The notes under the pieces were generated by a model. It searched no databases and was not told where the DNA came from. It was given only the letters and a program-made list of their open reading frames with translations. From the NCBI RefSeq assembly GCF_004010195.1, contig NC_057719.1, forward strand, positions 52,642,926 to 52,706,925: a DNA stretch of 64,000 nt, written 5' to 3'. Positions 1 to 12,229 of the stretch are shown here, piece after piece. The DNA comes from Chiloscyllium plagiosum (lineage: Eukaryota). The position numbers were made by a program, and so were the translations under genes. Numbering within the stretch: the first letter of the stretch is position 1; every line of letters starts with the position of its first letter.

Positions 1-268
1 TCTCCCTGACCTCCCCGCCCCCACTCCGGCCTATCACCCTCACCTTAACCTCCTTCCACCTATCGCATTTCCAACGCCGCTCCCCCAAATTCCTCCTCCC
101 TACCTTTTATCTTAGCCTGCTGGACACACTTTCCTCATTCCTGAAGAAGGGCTTATGCCTGAAACATCGATTCTCCTGTTCCTTGGATGCTGCCTGACCT
201 GCTGCGCTTTTCCAGCAACACATTTTCAGCTCTGATCTCCAGCATCTGCAGTCCTCACTTTCTCTCTA
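1..268 (+). mobile_element. Penelope-like element 3' end/pLTR with minimal hammerhead core
   Basis: C-rich tract, then CTGAAGA-A-GGGC-TTAT-GCCT-GAAA-CATC (141-168) and the GATGCTGCCTGACCTGCTG...CCAGCATCTGCAGTCCTCACTTT terminus. The same terminus adjoins the GIY-YIG-coding copies at 38620 and 62094. Confidence 0.8.
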
Positions 269-482
269 TACTGATTCTCTACGCCAGCAATAGGATTGTA
301 TTATGAATTCTCCATGTCAGTATCATAACTGCAAAATGCAGACTCCATATACAGCATACTGAATGCTAACTCTGGATCACTTCTAGACATCTTTCTGTAA
401 GAACGCTGATTGATGTTGGGTAGTCGCATCTGCTATTGTTCACCCACTTTTGAAAATTCACCAAAAAATAGAATGCCTCAAA

Positions 483-805
483 ATGGTTAGCACTATTCTC
501 TCACAGCACCAGGGACCTGTGTCTGATCCCAGCCTTGGGCAACTGTCTGTGTGGAGTGTCCACATTCACCCAGTGTCTGAATGGGTTTCCTCTGGGTAAT
601 CCAGTTTCCGTTCACAATCCAAAGATGTGCAGGTTAGGTGGATTGGCTGTGCTAAATTGCCTCGTAATGTCCAGGGATGTGTATGCTAGATGGATTAGCT
701 ATGGTAAATACTGGGTGACAGGGATTGGGTGGGATGCTGTTCAGAGGGTCATTGCAGACTCAATGGGCTGAATGGCCTCTTTTCACATTTTAGGGATTCT
801 ACTAT
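483..805 (+). mobile_element. HE1-like V-SINE
   Basis: tRNA-like head, V-domain (TGTGTGGAGT...GGGTTTCCTCTGGGT...CCAAAGATGTGCAGGTTAGG) and CR1-like tail (GGGCTGAATGGCCT...GGGATTCTA). Confidence 0.8.
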
Positions 806-1654
806 TCAGGGCCAGGTTTTGTGCATTTCCTCCTGGTCCCAGCTGCAGATCCATTGCTATAGCATCAGCAAAATTGCACTCAAACAAACCACGTAAGTGA
901 CATATATGCCATTAGCTTTTTAAATATAAGCAAAACAATAAATAAAATAAAACTTTGTGCACATTTCAATCTTCATTAACAAAGAAACTAGTCACTTGAT
1001 CTTTTGAGTCCATTTCCTAGATGCTGAACACGCCCTTAGAGTTCCATAAATCTGTATTATGCCATACAGCATTGTGGGAACAGCATGTCGGTGGAAGTAG
1101 ATCAGGGCAACAATCTATTTGCTGCTGGTAGAGCTATGTTGGAGCTCAATACAGCGGCTAATGCCATCTTATAAATTCATACAGCTGAATAGACATTCAA
1201 TAGAATGAAGAAATCCCCACCAGTAAGAAATAATTCAAGGCATAATTAAGTTGGTTACTGGCTGATTGAGCTTGTGGCTTTGAGTGTTTAAGTATTTAAT
1301 GCTTTTCCATAGACACTTTAACATACCAAATGCTGTAGGGAGTGGTAGCTGCTGAAGAACATAATGCTGGCTTCAGATCTTCTGCACAAGCCAGTTGTTG
1401 CCAAGCAATAGTGCAATAGTAGGCTTTCCCCTGGGAATGCAGCCTGTTCGGGAAACCATGGAGAACAGATAGGACCAGATAGGCTGTCTGAAGAGAATGG
1501 ATGATTTGGGGAGAAGAACTTTCAGCAAGGGCCCAAACCAGCTCACAGCCCTTGATTTGAATCCTAGTGAGGAGCAATGGGTTGGACTTTATCGATCCCC
1601 TGGCAAGATCTGAGGCAAATGAAGCAAAGGGACCCATAAAATGGTGTGAGAAGA

Positions 1655-2100
1655 CATAGAACGTAGAACATAGAACAATACAGCACAGAACAGGCCCTTC
1701 GGCCCACGAGGTTGTGCCGAACATTTGTCTTAGCTTAAGCACCCATCCATGTACCTATCCAATTGCCGCTTAAAGGTCGCCAATGATTCTGACTCTGCCA
1801 CTCCCATAGGCAGCGCATTCCATGCCCCCACCACTCTCTGGGTAAAGAACCCACCCCTGACATCTCCCCTATACCTTCCACCCTTCACCGTAAATTTATG
1901 TCCCCTTGTAACACTCTGTTGCACCCGGGGAAAAAGTTTCTGACTGTCTACTCTACCTATTCCTCTGATCATCTTATAAACCTCTACCAAGTTACCCCTC
2001 ATCCTTCGCCGTTCCAACGAGAAAAGGCCGAGAACTCTCAACCTATCCTCGTACGACCTATTCTCAATTCCAGGCAACATCCTGGTAAATCTTCTCTGCA
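1655..2100 (-). mobile_element. CR1/HER1 LINE 3' end, young and 5'-truncated
   Basis: ORF 1730..2344 contains QRRFTRMLPG...LFSLERRRMRGNL...TRGH...FFTQRVVGAWNALP. Short tandem tail (ACATAGA)n at 1655-1680. Confidence 0.92.
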
Positions 2101-2621
2101 AAGCAGAGAAATGACATCCAGTGAGAGTGAGTAGACTGTTGTTGGGATGAGGTGAAGGAGCCTCTTGGCAAAACCACATCGTCTCCAACCTCATCCGTGT
2201 TGGCAGATGTCGTTGGTGATGGTGGGGAGGGCTAATGGAGGGGGGGGTGAAGAGGAGGAACTCAAGCGGCTGCTGCCTGCACCTGTCTTCAAAGGGACCA
2301 CTTTCAAGAAGAGGTGGTGAGCTTTGCACCCAAGAGAGCATCACGAGGAGAGATCAGGGGCTTGTCCACACTTCCACCCACTTCCCCCTTGGCTCAAAGC
2401 TGAAGGCACTTGCTGAGATGCAAGTCCCTCAGTGCTGCCAGACTTCAAAATTCCTTTGGAGCTGCTTCTTGGGAGCTTTTTCTGACAGTCAAGTTCCCAC
2501 CTCAAATCATGCTCTCGTCTGTGCTCAGCAGAAACCAGTTTCCAAGACGGGACCAGTTATCCGCATCAAGTGCAAACACTTACCTGTTCTACCTCAGGAA
2601 GGTTGACTTCAACTGTGCCAC

Positions 2622-2840
2622 GTAGTGTTGTGCTGGAAAAGCACAGCCAGTCAGGCAGCAGCCGAGGAGCAGGAGAGTCGATGTTTTGAGCATAAGCTCT
2701 TCACCGTGAATGTGATGAAAGGCTTATGCTTGAAACGTCGACTCTCCTGCTCCTCGGATGCTGCCTGACCACAGTACCACACCTTTCCAGCACCACACTT
2801 TTTGACTCTGATCTCCAGCATCTGCAGTCCTCAATTTTTC
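2622..2840. mobile_element. Palindromic head-to-head Penelope pLTR insertion
   Basis: Left arm is the reverse complement of the right arm around ~2705. Flanked by CTTCAAC(T)TGTGCCAC at 2607-2621 and 2841-2856. Confidence 0.8.
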
Positions 2841-2919
2841 CTTCAACTTGTGCCACCCCTACAACTGCCCAGCTAAGATCAACATAGATGTTGTCTGGAA
2901 TCTCAGTTCTGTATGATTT

Positions 2920-3715
2920 CAAGTCCAGTTGCACACATTGGAGTCTCCTCTGGGACAGAAAAGACCTGTTCAAAGAGGATAGGTCTTACCCGAGCTGGAA
3001 AGGGACCCATATCTTAGCAGGGAGCTTTGCTCGTTCCACCCAAAGAGACTTTATACAGATAGAGAGGAGAGTGGAGGAATTACAAGTCATGGCGTAAATA
3101 GAAAGGTTGGTGGGGAAGGTTCTGAATGTGAAGAGAGCACACCAATTAGAAAAGAAAGAAAAGAGAGAATCAGGGTACATTGTAACTCTGAAGAACGAAA
3201 TTGCATTTATTTCAGTGCAAGGGGTCTTCCAGATAAGGCTGATAAACTCAGAGTGTGTTTAAGTACATGGGATTGGGATTTCAGAGCTTTTACAGAAACT
3301 TGGCTGAAACATGAACAGGACTGACAGCTCACTGTTCTGGGGTTTAGATTGTAGGGAGGATATTTTCCCAGGTTGGGGAGTTTAAAACCAGAGGACACAG
3401 TCTGAGGACAGGTTGTTAGGCCATTGAGGATTAAGATGAGGAAATATTTCTTCATGCAGAGGCTGGTCAGTCTGTGAAGTGTGTGACCACAAGAAGCTGT
3501 GGATTCCAAGTTGCTGATTATATTCAAGAAAGAGATGGATTTTTATGTTTAAGAGACAATGAATTGAATTGAATTTATTGTCACATGTACCGGGACACAG
3601 TGGAAAGCTTTGTCTTGTGAGCAATACAAGCAGATCACATAGTTATCACACAATGACTATGTGAAACGGAAGAACAGGCTGGAAGGACTGAATGGCCTAT
3701 TTTTGCCCCAAGTTT
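2920..3715 (+). mobile_element. Internally deleted CR1: ORF1 esterase end and ORF2 endonuclease start joined to the 3' end
   Basis: HWSLLWDRKDLFKED...KGTHILAG (ORF1), then YFSARGL..KADKL..FTETWL (APE start), a jump at ~3360 to the TRGH-type 3' region, and a GGACTGAATGGCCT tail. Confidence 0.7.
3556..3650 (-). mobile_element. Short non-LTR 3' tail, possibly Rex/Babar-like, nested in CR1
   Basis: (GAATT)n microsatellite tail plus TTTATTGTCAC motif interrupting the CR1 3' UTR. Confidence 0.4.
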
Positions 3716-3924
3716 CACCAATACAGAGCTCTGGACAGCCAATTCAGTCCTTCAGAAGTGCGGTCACATTGTAGTGTTGGGAAGTGTAGCAGTAAATTCA
3801 GGACGTCTCAAAATACTCCATAGCCAATTAATGAATTTTCAAATCTCACAACAATTGTCATATCAAAGGCTATAAATGTCAATTTGTTTCAAACTATGTA
3901 CTGTATTTACCAGAATGGTTCTAA

Positions 3925-4550
3925 AGTGATTTGTTTTTATTCATTGAGTATAAGGATAGGCAGGTTATGCTGCAGCTTTACAGAACTTTCATTAGGCCAC
4001 ACTGGGAATATTGCGTACAGTTCTGGTCACCACATTCTCAGAAGAAGGGTGAATCTTTGGGGAGGGAACAGAAAAGGTTTACCAGGATGTTGCCTGATAT
4101 GGGGGATTTTAGCTGTGAGGAAAGGTTGAATAGAGTTGATTTGTTTTCACTGGAATGCAGGAAGCCGATGGGCGACCTGGTCAAACTTTATAAGATTGTG
4201 AATGGCATGGATAGAGTGGAAAGTATGAGGCTTTTTCTCAAGGTCGAAGGGTCAATTGCTAGGGGACACGAGTTCAAGGTGTGCGAGGGCATAAGTTTAA
4301 AGCAGATGTGTGAGGTATGTTTTTCACACAAAGGTGGGTGAGTGCCTGGACCAGGCTGCCAGAGGAGATGGTGGAAACACACACTATAGCAGCATTCAAG
4401 AAGCATCTAGACCAGTACATGAATAGGTAGGGGATATAGGGAAATGGATCCCATGAGTGAAGACAGTTTTAGAATGGAAGGGCAAAATGTGTCAGTGCAG
4501 GCTTAGAAGGTCTCAGAGCCTGTTCCTGTGCTGTATTGTTCTTTGTTCTT
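3925..4550 (+). mobile_element. CR1/HER1 LINE 3' end
   Basis: ORF 3931..4341: LYRTFIRPHWEYCVQFWSP...QKRFTRMLP...ARGHEFK. Tail TTGTTCTTTGTTCT. Confidence 0.9.
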
Positions 4551-4894
4551 AATTCACGCACAGAAAGATCCCACAACCAGCCGTGAAACAAATGAGAAGA
4601 CAATTTGTTCTGATCTTGCGATATTTGATACTGGCTCATACAATGCAGATGATATCAAATGCTGTCTGTCTCTTTCCCCAAAAGGGCAGTGAAAGCAGAG
4701 CCTTGAAATACTTTTGAAGGCAGAAGGCACTCTACTCTTGATGAGTAACGGGAGTGAGGTTATCCAGGATAGGCAGTACCTTGAGCAACCAGATCAACCG
4801 TGACCTTTCTGAAGGGCCAATTGACTTGTTCCTGCTCCTGATCCAAGGGATGTTATGTAAACCATCTGGAGAGCAAACGGAACAGCAGTTAAAT

Positions 4895-5115
4895 GTCACA
4901 GGTCCCACCTTCGCCAGAATGCAGTCCAATTGTCCAAATACCTGAAGCCCTCCCTCCTACACCATCCTTGCAGCCACGTGTTCAACTGAACTCTCTCCCT
5001 ATTCCTTGCCTCACTGTCACGTGGCACCGGCAACAACCCAGAGATGACGACTCTGTCCGTCCTAGCTTTTAGCTTCCAGCCTAAGTCTCTGAGCTCCTGA
5101 TTGACCTCCCCAAAC
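4895..5115 (-). mobile_element. CR1 ORF1 SGNH-esterase-like fragment
   Basis: LGWKLKARTDRVVISGLLPVPR...LNTWLQGWCRREGFRYLDNW. Confidence 0.8.
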
Positions 5116-6059
5116 AGAGGTGACATTACCATTGTCTTCTCACTTTCCTACCATCATGCCAGTGACAATAAAATAGCAGATATCTCTCTCACCCAAAATT
5201 CAATTAAGGACCTTTTCCTCTTCTACTATCAATTTGCAGAGGCGGACGGGCCCCCACCTTGTGTGGAGGTCATTAGGTAACCTGGTAGTTTTTCAGCAAG
5301 CTGTAGGTTTGGCTCTTTTTGGGGATTGGTTGACTTGTGCAGGAGCCCTCAGGAACAAAGTTTACCCATAGCACTATCTTGCCAACTCTCACCCCATCTG
5401 CCTGCACTGGGGCTTGCCTCTAATGCTAGGACCTCCCAGGTGCCCACTTATTTGGTTTTAAGGAGGCCGTCCTATGCTACAGGCTTCCTGCTTCAGGTGC
5501 AGATTTGTCCATGGCTACTGCTCCTACTGGAGTTGTTGAGACTACTGTAAATCAGATGAGAGTGTAGGATGAGGGTGAAATGGAATGTGAGATGAAAGAC
5601 TGGATACAAAATTAATATCATCTTTGTAGTGCTTGTGGGTAGAGAGATTTGGCCACCATGCCTCTTTCCCAGATTAGACCGAAGGGTCTATTTGGTTTAC
5701 TGTGTTAGAGGAGTGACCATTAAGGAGAAGATGTCCTTGTTTGAACGGGATGTAGTTTATTGCATGACAGCAATCAGATACAAGCTACACTAGTTACTTA
5801 GACATTATTACTAAGGCTTTTAAGAGACATTGTCAATACATCTGTCCCTTCAAAATTCAGAGCTATTTTCCCATTTTTTCCGCTCAAGCTGGGATAGCAT
5901 CATCTGATTGAATGGAGTTTAATATAATCTCCAACACTAAACCTTTCAGAACAAAGGATATCTTAATAATAACCAGCAGCATCTGCTGCATTGGGGTCAG
6001 AATATACAAGTGTGTCACCGCCCTAGAGTACTCGTACTTGCCTGGATAGGTGCAACTGC

Positions 6060-6330
6060 AACAATATTCAGCTTTTGTTGCCCACCCCTAATTACCCAAC
6101 CAAGGTTGTGGTCAATTACCTTCTGAAGCCACTGCAGTCCATGTGGTATAGTTACAGTCAGAGAGTATTCCATACAGCATTGATTCGTACTTTGTAAATA
6201 GTGGACAGGTTTTGGACGGTCAGGAGGTAAGTTACTCACTGCAAAATTCCTAGCCTCTGAACTTCTTTCATAGCCAAGTATGTTATAGCTGGTCCAGTTC
6301 TTGATTAATGGTAAGGCCGTGAATATGGTG
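6060..6330 (-). mobile_element. Degraded L2/CR1-group LINE 3' fragment
   Basis: Shares motifs (GCCCACCCCTAATTACC, CACTGCAGTCCATGTG, CAAAATTCCTAGCCTC) with the fragments at 49640, 58270 and 58810. Confidence 0.5.
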
Positions 6331-7269
6331 ATAGTGACAGTTCTGTTAACGTTTTCTGTCTGAACAAACCAGTAAGATCCAGCTATCCACTTATTGACTA
6401 TATTGTATCACCTCAACTCAGAGAAATTTTAGATCATTAACAGAATTTAGTCTGCATTCCTAGCCACAGATTGGGTCCCATAATGAAATTTCTTTCTTGT
6501 TAGGAGTTCTCAGCCTGGCAAAACTATCTCAGCATAGAGTATATCTACAGGGAGAGCACAACAGAAAATGTTGTCATAATATTGAATCTGAAGAATTCTA
6601 GAGTATTGTCATCTGTGAATTCTTGAAGTATGAGAATATGACATTGTAAAGTTGCGTCTGTAAATTCATGATAATAATAATTTCTGGACTGCATGATAGT
6701 CATTACTGCTATACTATAGAATGTATGGTATTAAAGATAGTTATACAATGGTAATTCCAATTTAATTTCATGCAATCTTTAAATCCACCTGAGAAACAAT
6801 TGGATATTCAAAAATATTTTTTAAAAATCCTTGTTATCCAGTATAATTGCTTAAAGAGATAAAGTGTTCTTGTCTTAACCTTCCTTTAATAGCAAATTAT
6901 GAGGGAGTCTATAAGGATCTGCCTTCTCTGAGCAAGCAATAATCAGATGCTCTGGTCTGCTTTTACTTAAACCTTGTTTTATCCTAAAATGCTTCATCCT
7001 TGTAGCCCACCAAACGCATTTTGTCATTGCTTATTGATAGATCTTATAAAAGGACTCTTAATGGATCATTATAACCCTGATCATAATAAGACTATTTTTC
7101 AAGAGGTCTATTTTGGCAAAAAAAACCGACAAGTATAATATCATTCCACGTCTCACTCTGTCTGCAATACCGTCTGACAGCTTGCTCCAAGCATACTTTT
7201 AAATTCTCATACAACTTAGGTTCTGCTTTAAATTTAACATCTTAATTGCTGAATTAATTTAATATATTT

Positions 7270-8100
7270 TTAAAAAATGTTAGATTTTCTCTGGTTGGAG
7301 TTGGTTGTTGCGAAGCACTTTTGAGGTGCAAGTATCACTTGTAACTTAGCAGCCCAAGTGTGGATATTGTTCAGATCATTTTATAGGTCAGAGATTGTGA
7401 AAGTATCTGAGCATTTGAGAATGGTACGAAACATTGTGCAATCAGCAACCAAGATCCCCATTTCTGACATTGTGGGGAAGCGACTGAAGATGGGTTTTAG
7501 GGTAGGACATGAACCAGAGGATGTCCAATAGTAATAGTCTGGCACTGGGCTGTTTGACCTGCAATTACCTCAACCATCTTTCTTTGGACTCTGGAAAGAA
7601 CAGTAATACTTGGAAATTTTGAAATGTGCAAGAGTCACCTCTTGCAATTCACCTCCTAGCTCCCCAAGAGGAGTCACCTCTTGTAATTCACTTCCTAGCT
7701 CCCCAAAGTCCACCCACCCAAAGACCACAAGATATAAATTAGGAGTGTGCTGGATACTCTCCACTTGCCTGAGGGAGTACAGCTTCAAAGCACTCAAATG
7801 TTTGACACCACCTAAGACAAAATAGCCAGCTTGAATGACACCACATCCAAAAACACCCATTCCCTCCACCACCAATGCTCAGTGGCAACAGTATATACCA
7901 TCCACACTATGCACTGCAGAAATTCACTACAGCTTCTTTGGTAGCAACTTCTAAACCCACAAACAGTACTATCTTGAAGCATGAGGGCACAAAGTAATTT
8001 GGGAATGCCACAATTAGTAAGTTTGACTCCAAGCTAGCCACTATCTCGACTTGAAATCTCCATTCCTTCATTCCTTCAAAATCTAGTAACTCCCTCCCTG
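7270..8100. mobile_element. Degraded L2/CR1-group LINE fragments on both strands
   Basis: RT-like remnant on the minus strand (7270-7570). Plus-strand 3' part (CCCTCCACCACCAATGCTCAGTGGC...GCACTGCAG) mirrors 49640-50040 and 58810-59200. Confidence 0.5.
7632..7707. repeat. 39-bp tandem duplication
   Basis: GAGTCACCTCTTGYAATTCACYTCCTAGCTCCCCAA at 7632 and 7671. Confidence 0.9.
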
Positions 8101-8400
8101 AGATTCACACTTAGTGCTATGCATCACTATATAGAGTCATAGAGTCATAGAGATGTACAGCATGGCAACAGACCCTTTGGTCCAACCCGTCCATGCCGAC
8201 CAGATATCCCAATCCAATCTAGTCCCACCTGCCAGCACCCGGCCGATATCCCTCCAAACCCTTCCTATTCATATACCCATCCAAATGCCTCTTAAATGTT
8301 GCAATTTTACTAGCCTCCACCACATCCTCTGGCAGCTCATTCCATACATGTACCATCCTCTGCGTGAAAAGGTTGCCCCTTAGGTCTCTTTTATATCTTT

Positions 8401-9067
8401 NNNNNNNNNNNNNNNNNNNNNNNNNNNNNNNNNNNNNNNNNNNNNNNNNNNNNNNNNNNNNNNNNNNNNNNNNNNNNNNNNNNNNNNNNNNNNNNNNNNN
8501 NNNNNNNNNNNNNNNNNNNNNNNNNNNNNNNNNNNNNNNNNNNNNNNNNNNNNNNNNNNNNNNNNNNNNNNNNNNNNNNNNNNNNNNNNNNNNNNNNNNN
8601 NNNNNNNNNNNNNNNNNNNNNNNNNNNNNNNNNNNNNNNNNNNNNNNNNNNNNNNNNNNNNNNNNNNNNNNNNNNNNNNNNNNNNNNNNNNNNNNNNNNN
8701 NNNNNNNNNNNNNNNNNNNNNNNNNNNNNNNNNNNNNNNNNNNNNNNNNNNNNNNNNNNNNNNNNNNNNNNNNNNNNNNNNNNNNNNNNNNNNNNNNNNN
8801 NNNNNNNNNNNNNNNNNNNNNNNNNNNNNNNNNNNNNNNNNNNNNNNNNNNNNNNNNNNNNNNNNNNNNNNNNNNNNNNNNNNNNNNNNNNNNNNNNNNN
8901 NNNNNNNNNNNNNNNNNNNNNNNNNNNNNNNNNNNNNNNNNNNNNNNNNNNNNNNNNNNNNNNNNNNNNNNNNNNNNNNNNNNNNNNNNNNNNNNNNNNN
9001 NNNNNNNNNNNNNNNNNNNNNNNNNNNNNNNNNNNNNNNNNNNNNNNNNNNNNNNNNNNNNNNNNNN
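8401..9067. other. Assembly gap
   Basis: Run of N. Confidence 1.
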
Positions 9068-9292
9068 GCCTCAGGCGACTGACTGTGTGGAGTTTGCACG
9101 TTCTTCCCATGTCTGCGTGGGTTTCCTCTGGGTGCTCCGGTTTCCTCCCACAGTCCAAAGATGTGCAGGTCAGGTGAATTGGCCATGCTAAATTGCCCGT
9201 AGTGTTAGGTAAGGGGTTAATGTAGGGGTATGGGTGGGTTGCGCTTGTTGGGCCAAAGGGCCTGTTTCCACACTGTAATGTAATCTAATCTA
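9068..9292 (+). mobile_element. HE1 V-SINE (5' end lies in the gap)
   Basis: V-domain GTGGAGTTTGCACGTTCT...GGGTGCTCCGGTTTCCTCCCACAGTCCAAAGA and (TAATC)n tail. Confidence 0.9.
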
Positions 9293-9659
9293 ACCTTGCT
9301 AACCAGTCTCCCATGGGGAACCTTGTCGAACGCCTTACTGAAGTCCATATAGATCACATCTACTGCTCTGCCCTCATCAATCTTCTTTGTTACTTTTTCA
9401 AAAAACTTAATCAAGTTTGTGAGACATGATTTCCCATGCACAAATCCATGTTGACTATCCCGAATCAGTCCTTGCCTTTCCAAATACATATACATCCTGT
9501 CCCTCAGGATTCCCTCCACAATGTGCCCACCACCAAGGTCAGGCTCACCGGTCTATAGTTCCCTGGCTTGTCTTTGCCGCCATGTTTGCCAATCTCCAGT
9601 CTTCCGGCACCTCACCTCACTATCGATGATACAAAAATGTACAATCTTAACTTCTTTCT

Positions 9660-10560
9660 CCATCACATTGCTTCCCTGTGGTTCAGAGCTGTCCTTCTCT
9701 CCTGCCACCTCATTTGAACTTTTAACAAGAAGCATTTTCTCTTCCTTTCAGGCAATAAGGAATGCAAACTACAACAACTCAGAGATATCCACGTCTCTCC
9801 AGAACTTTCCTCCCATTACCTTTCCTCTGACTTCATCCTTTCCTCTAACCCCTTTTTTTTGCATATTCACTATCCTTTCTGACCTTCTGCTCTTTGGTGC
9901 TGAATCTTTTGTACTCAGCAAAGATTTAGCCTTCTGCACCCCTACCTCAGAGAATTTCGGCAATACAATACATGATATTGAACTCTCCTTGCGTTACCTC
10001 CATCTTTGTGCTCATTTCTTTGGACAAGAGTCATCTTCTTGTTCCCTTCATCTGCCTTCAATGCTCCCCTTTTACTTTTTATTTACATTTGACCTATTCA
10101 TAGAGAACTGTTGTTTTAGTTTCTGTGCTCCCCTGATTCGAACCTATCTCCCTTTGAAGTGACTGCTTTCTGTGCTTTCAGATCCATTACTGACTTTGTA
10201 ATCAAGTCTGCCAACAAGGGTGGTGCTGTTATTTCCTGGCATACTGACTATAGGAGAGGCTGAATGCTAGCTCTCAGACTCCTCCTCCTATCTGCACTGC
10301 ACCAGGACCCCACCATCAAGCATCAGGCCATTGTGTTCACAAGTGTCATCAACCTTGTCTCATCTGGTGACCTCTACTCCATCATCTCCCAGTTCATTGG
10401 CCCCTAACCCTACACAGTCCATTTCTACCTTTCTCCAGTTCTGATTAAGAATCAACAGACTTGAAACATTTCTCCCCACAGATTCCAGACCTGCTGAGTT
10501 TCTCCAGCAATTTCTGTTTTTGATTCAGATCTCCAGCATCTGCAGTTCTTTGTTTTATCT
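9660..10560 (+). mobile_element. Degraded Penelope-like element (pre-RT region joined to pLTR)
   Basis: VLSKDLAFCTP...HDIELSLRYLHLCAHFF and VIKSANKGGAVISW (IKPADKGG-like), then pLTR CTGATTAAGAATCAACAGACTTGAAACATT...CCAGCATCTGCAG. Confidence 0.7.
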
Positions 10561-10779
10561 AAATAACGGACTGTAGTGGTTCAATAGAACAGTTTATTGC
10601 CAACTTCTCAAGGGCAATTCATGCCACTCAATTGATACCCACATTCTGTGAATGAATGGGAAAAGTAAGAAAATGGATGTATTCCTCTTAACTTTTTTTC
10701 CTTTGCTCCTTGGAGCAGCGTGTTTATCTGACCAGACCAGTTCAGTTTCTGGTCAATGGTAACTCCAGAATGCTGATTC

Positions 10780-11620
10780 AGGTGCAAAGAACAAACACAT
10801 GGATAGCTGGTATGTTGTCTGTTCTTTGTGGCCTTCTGAGCATTTACACTTGGGACTGTCTTTCACTAAAACTTGCAATCCCAAGTAAATGTTTGACTTC
10901 CCTCGGACTCTTGGAAATGGGAACATTGAGTAAGGCACTCAGCTTATCCTTAGCAAACCCACGTTTTGACGAGTTCAGTACATGGTTTTCCCTCTCAGAC
11001 CCCATAACACTGCTTCAAGATGGTCTCATAGGTCCTATGAGATGACAAGTGCTGGGATTCCTCTTACTCTGAGTGTCATCGGGACTTCTAGGACCTACTT
11101 AAAAGGTCAGTTTTGCTGAGATAGGTGACTTAAATGCTTAGTGCTTGGGATTGCACAGAATTGGTCGTAATCACTGCATTTACTTTCCAGTGGTAAATAC
11201 TGAGCTGTTCTGGTCCATCCAGTTTCAGGATGAGTATAGTAGGGGAGATTTAGCTACTCTGGTTAGGCTCAATGATAGTGTTGTCCCAGCATATACCCAG
11301 TTGCCTGACCTATTCCAACTGATTGGCTCAACTAGTTGGGCTTTTTATTTAAAGATGAGTGTTCTCCGATATCCACTTCATTGTCTGTTAGTGGGTTACT
11401 GTTGAACTGATCCCTAGGAATTTTTGAGATTCTCTCAAGCAGGGTGCCCACATCCTTCTGCTGCTTTATGCTTAAGTGTGTTAACTGAGCATTTAACTCG
11501 AAGTTTCCAATGTCTGCAAGCCAGATAATCAGAAGTTTAAGTACCTTTTCCAGTTCCTTCATCTTGACTGAATCCTTTTTGCTGGCCTTAGATGTGCTCA
11601 TCTTCTGGCAAACACTCATT
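10780..11620 (-). mobile_element. Degraded Gypsy RT fragment
   Basis: QLTHLSIKQQKDV...NEVDIGEH, then IIEPNQSS..PILILKLDG..YHWKVNAV, resembling the RT start of the elements at 26697 and 46740. Confidence 0.6.
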
Positions 11621-11706
11621 GGTTAACTAGGTTTTATTTCATTCTGCTATATCTGCACTTGAAATTCTGCTGTGGCAGTCTGAAGTGTGGAGAAACTTTA
11701 GGAATA

Positions 11707-11835
11707 CAGAGGAACCTCGATTATCTGAAGGACACAGGCGGGGATAACATAGTTAGCCACGCATCGGGACCGTGCGATCTTGTTTGGACAATCTGAAATT
11801 CGGTTAATCGAATGTCAGATAATCAAGGTTCCTTG
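11707..11835. mobile_element. Tc1/mariner (Tigger/pogo-like) MITE
   Basis: TIRs CAGAGGAACCTCGATTATCTGA and TCAGATAATCAAGGTTCCTTG, with TA on both sides. Confidence 0.8.
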
Positions 11836-12229
11836 TACTGTTGCTTTGGATACAGTTTGGTTTCCAACCTGTCCCATATTGTTTGGAACCATACTGCCCT
11901 CAGGTGGCTGTCCAGTTCCTGATGTACTACCTAACAACTCTTCAACTGGGTGAGGTATTTTCCACAATATTTATGAATCTCTCGGAGGACTTCCATGTTG
12001 TCCCTTTACAATTGGAAGGATGTGTTGGCTAGCCAGATCTGCTCATTCAGCACTGATATAAATTTCATTTCTGAGGAAGATTCCTTCATTGCCAACTGTA
12101 GACTTATTTGGAGAATTTCTGCCACCCTTCTAAGGTGGCAGAAAGAATCTTAGAAAGAATGTTTCAACCAACCAGACTACTTGCTCATCTAGCCACGGGT
12201 TAGGCTCCCTTCCTTTGAAAATTTTCAAA

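Larger units (their letters stand above)
8132..9620 (-). mobile_element. CR1/HER1 LINE (RT fragment to 3' end), interrupted by a gap and an HE1 SINE
   Basis: (TAGAGTCA)n tail at 8132-8152. ORF 9217..9519: SQHGFVHGKSCLTNL...VDVIYMDFSKAFDKVPH. Continuity across the gap is inferred. Confidence 0.8.

Noticed and set aside
8364..9191. Three long ORFs of 255-275 aa
   Set aside because: Artefacts of translating through the N gap; the ends are CR1 and HE1 sequence.
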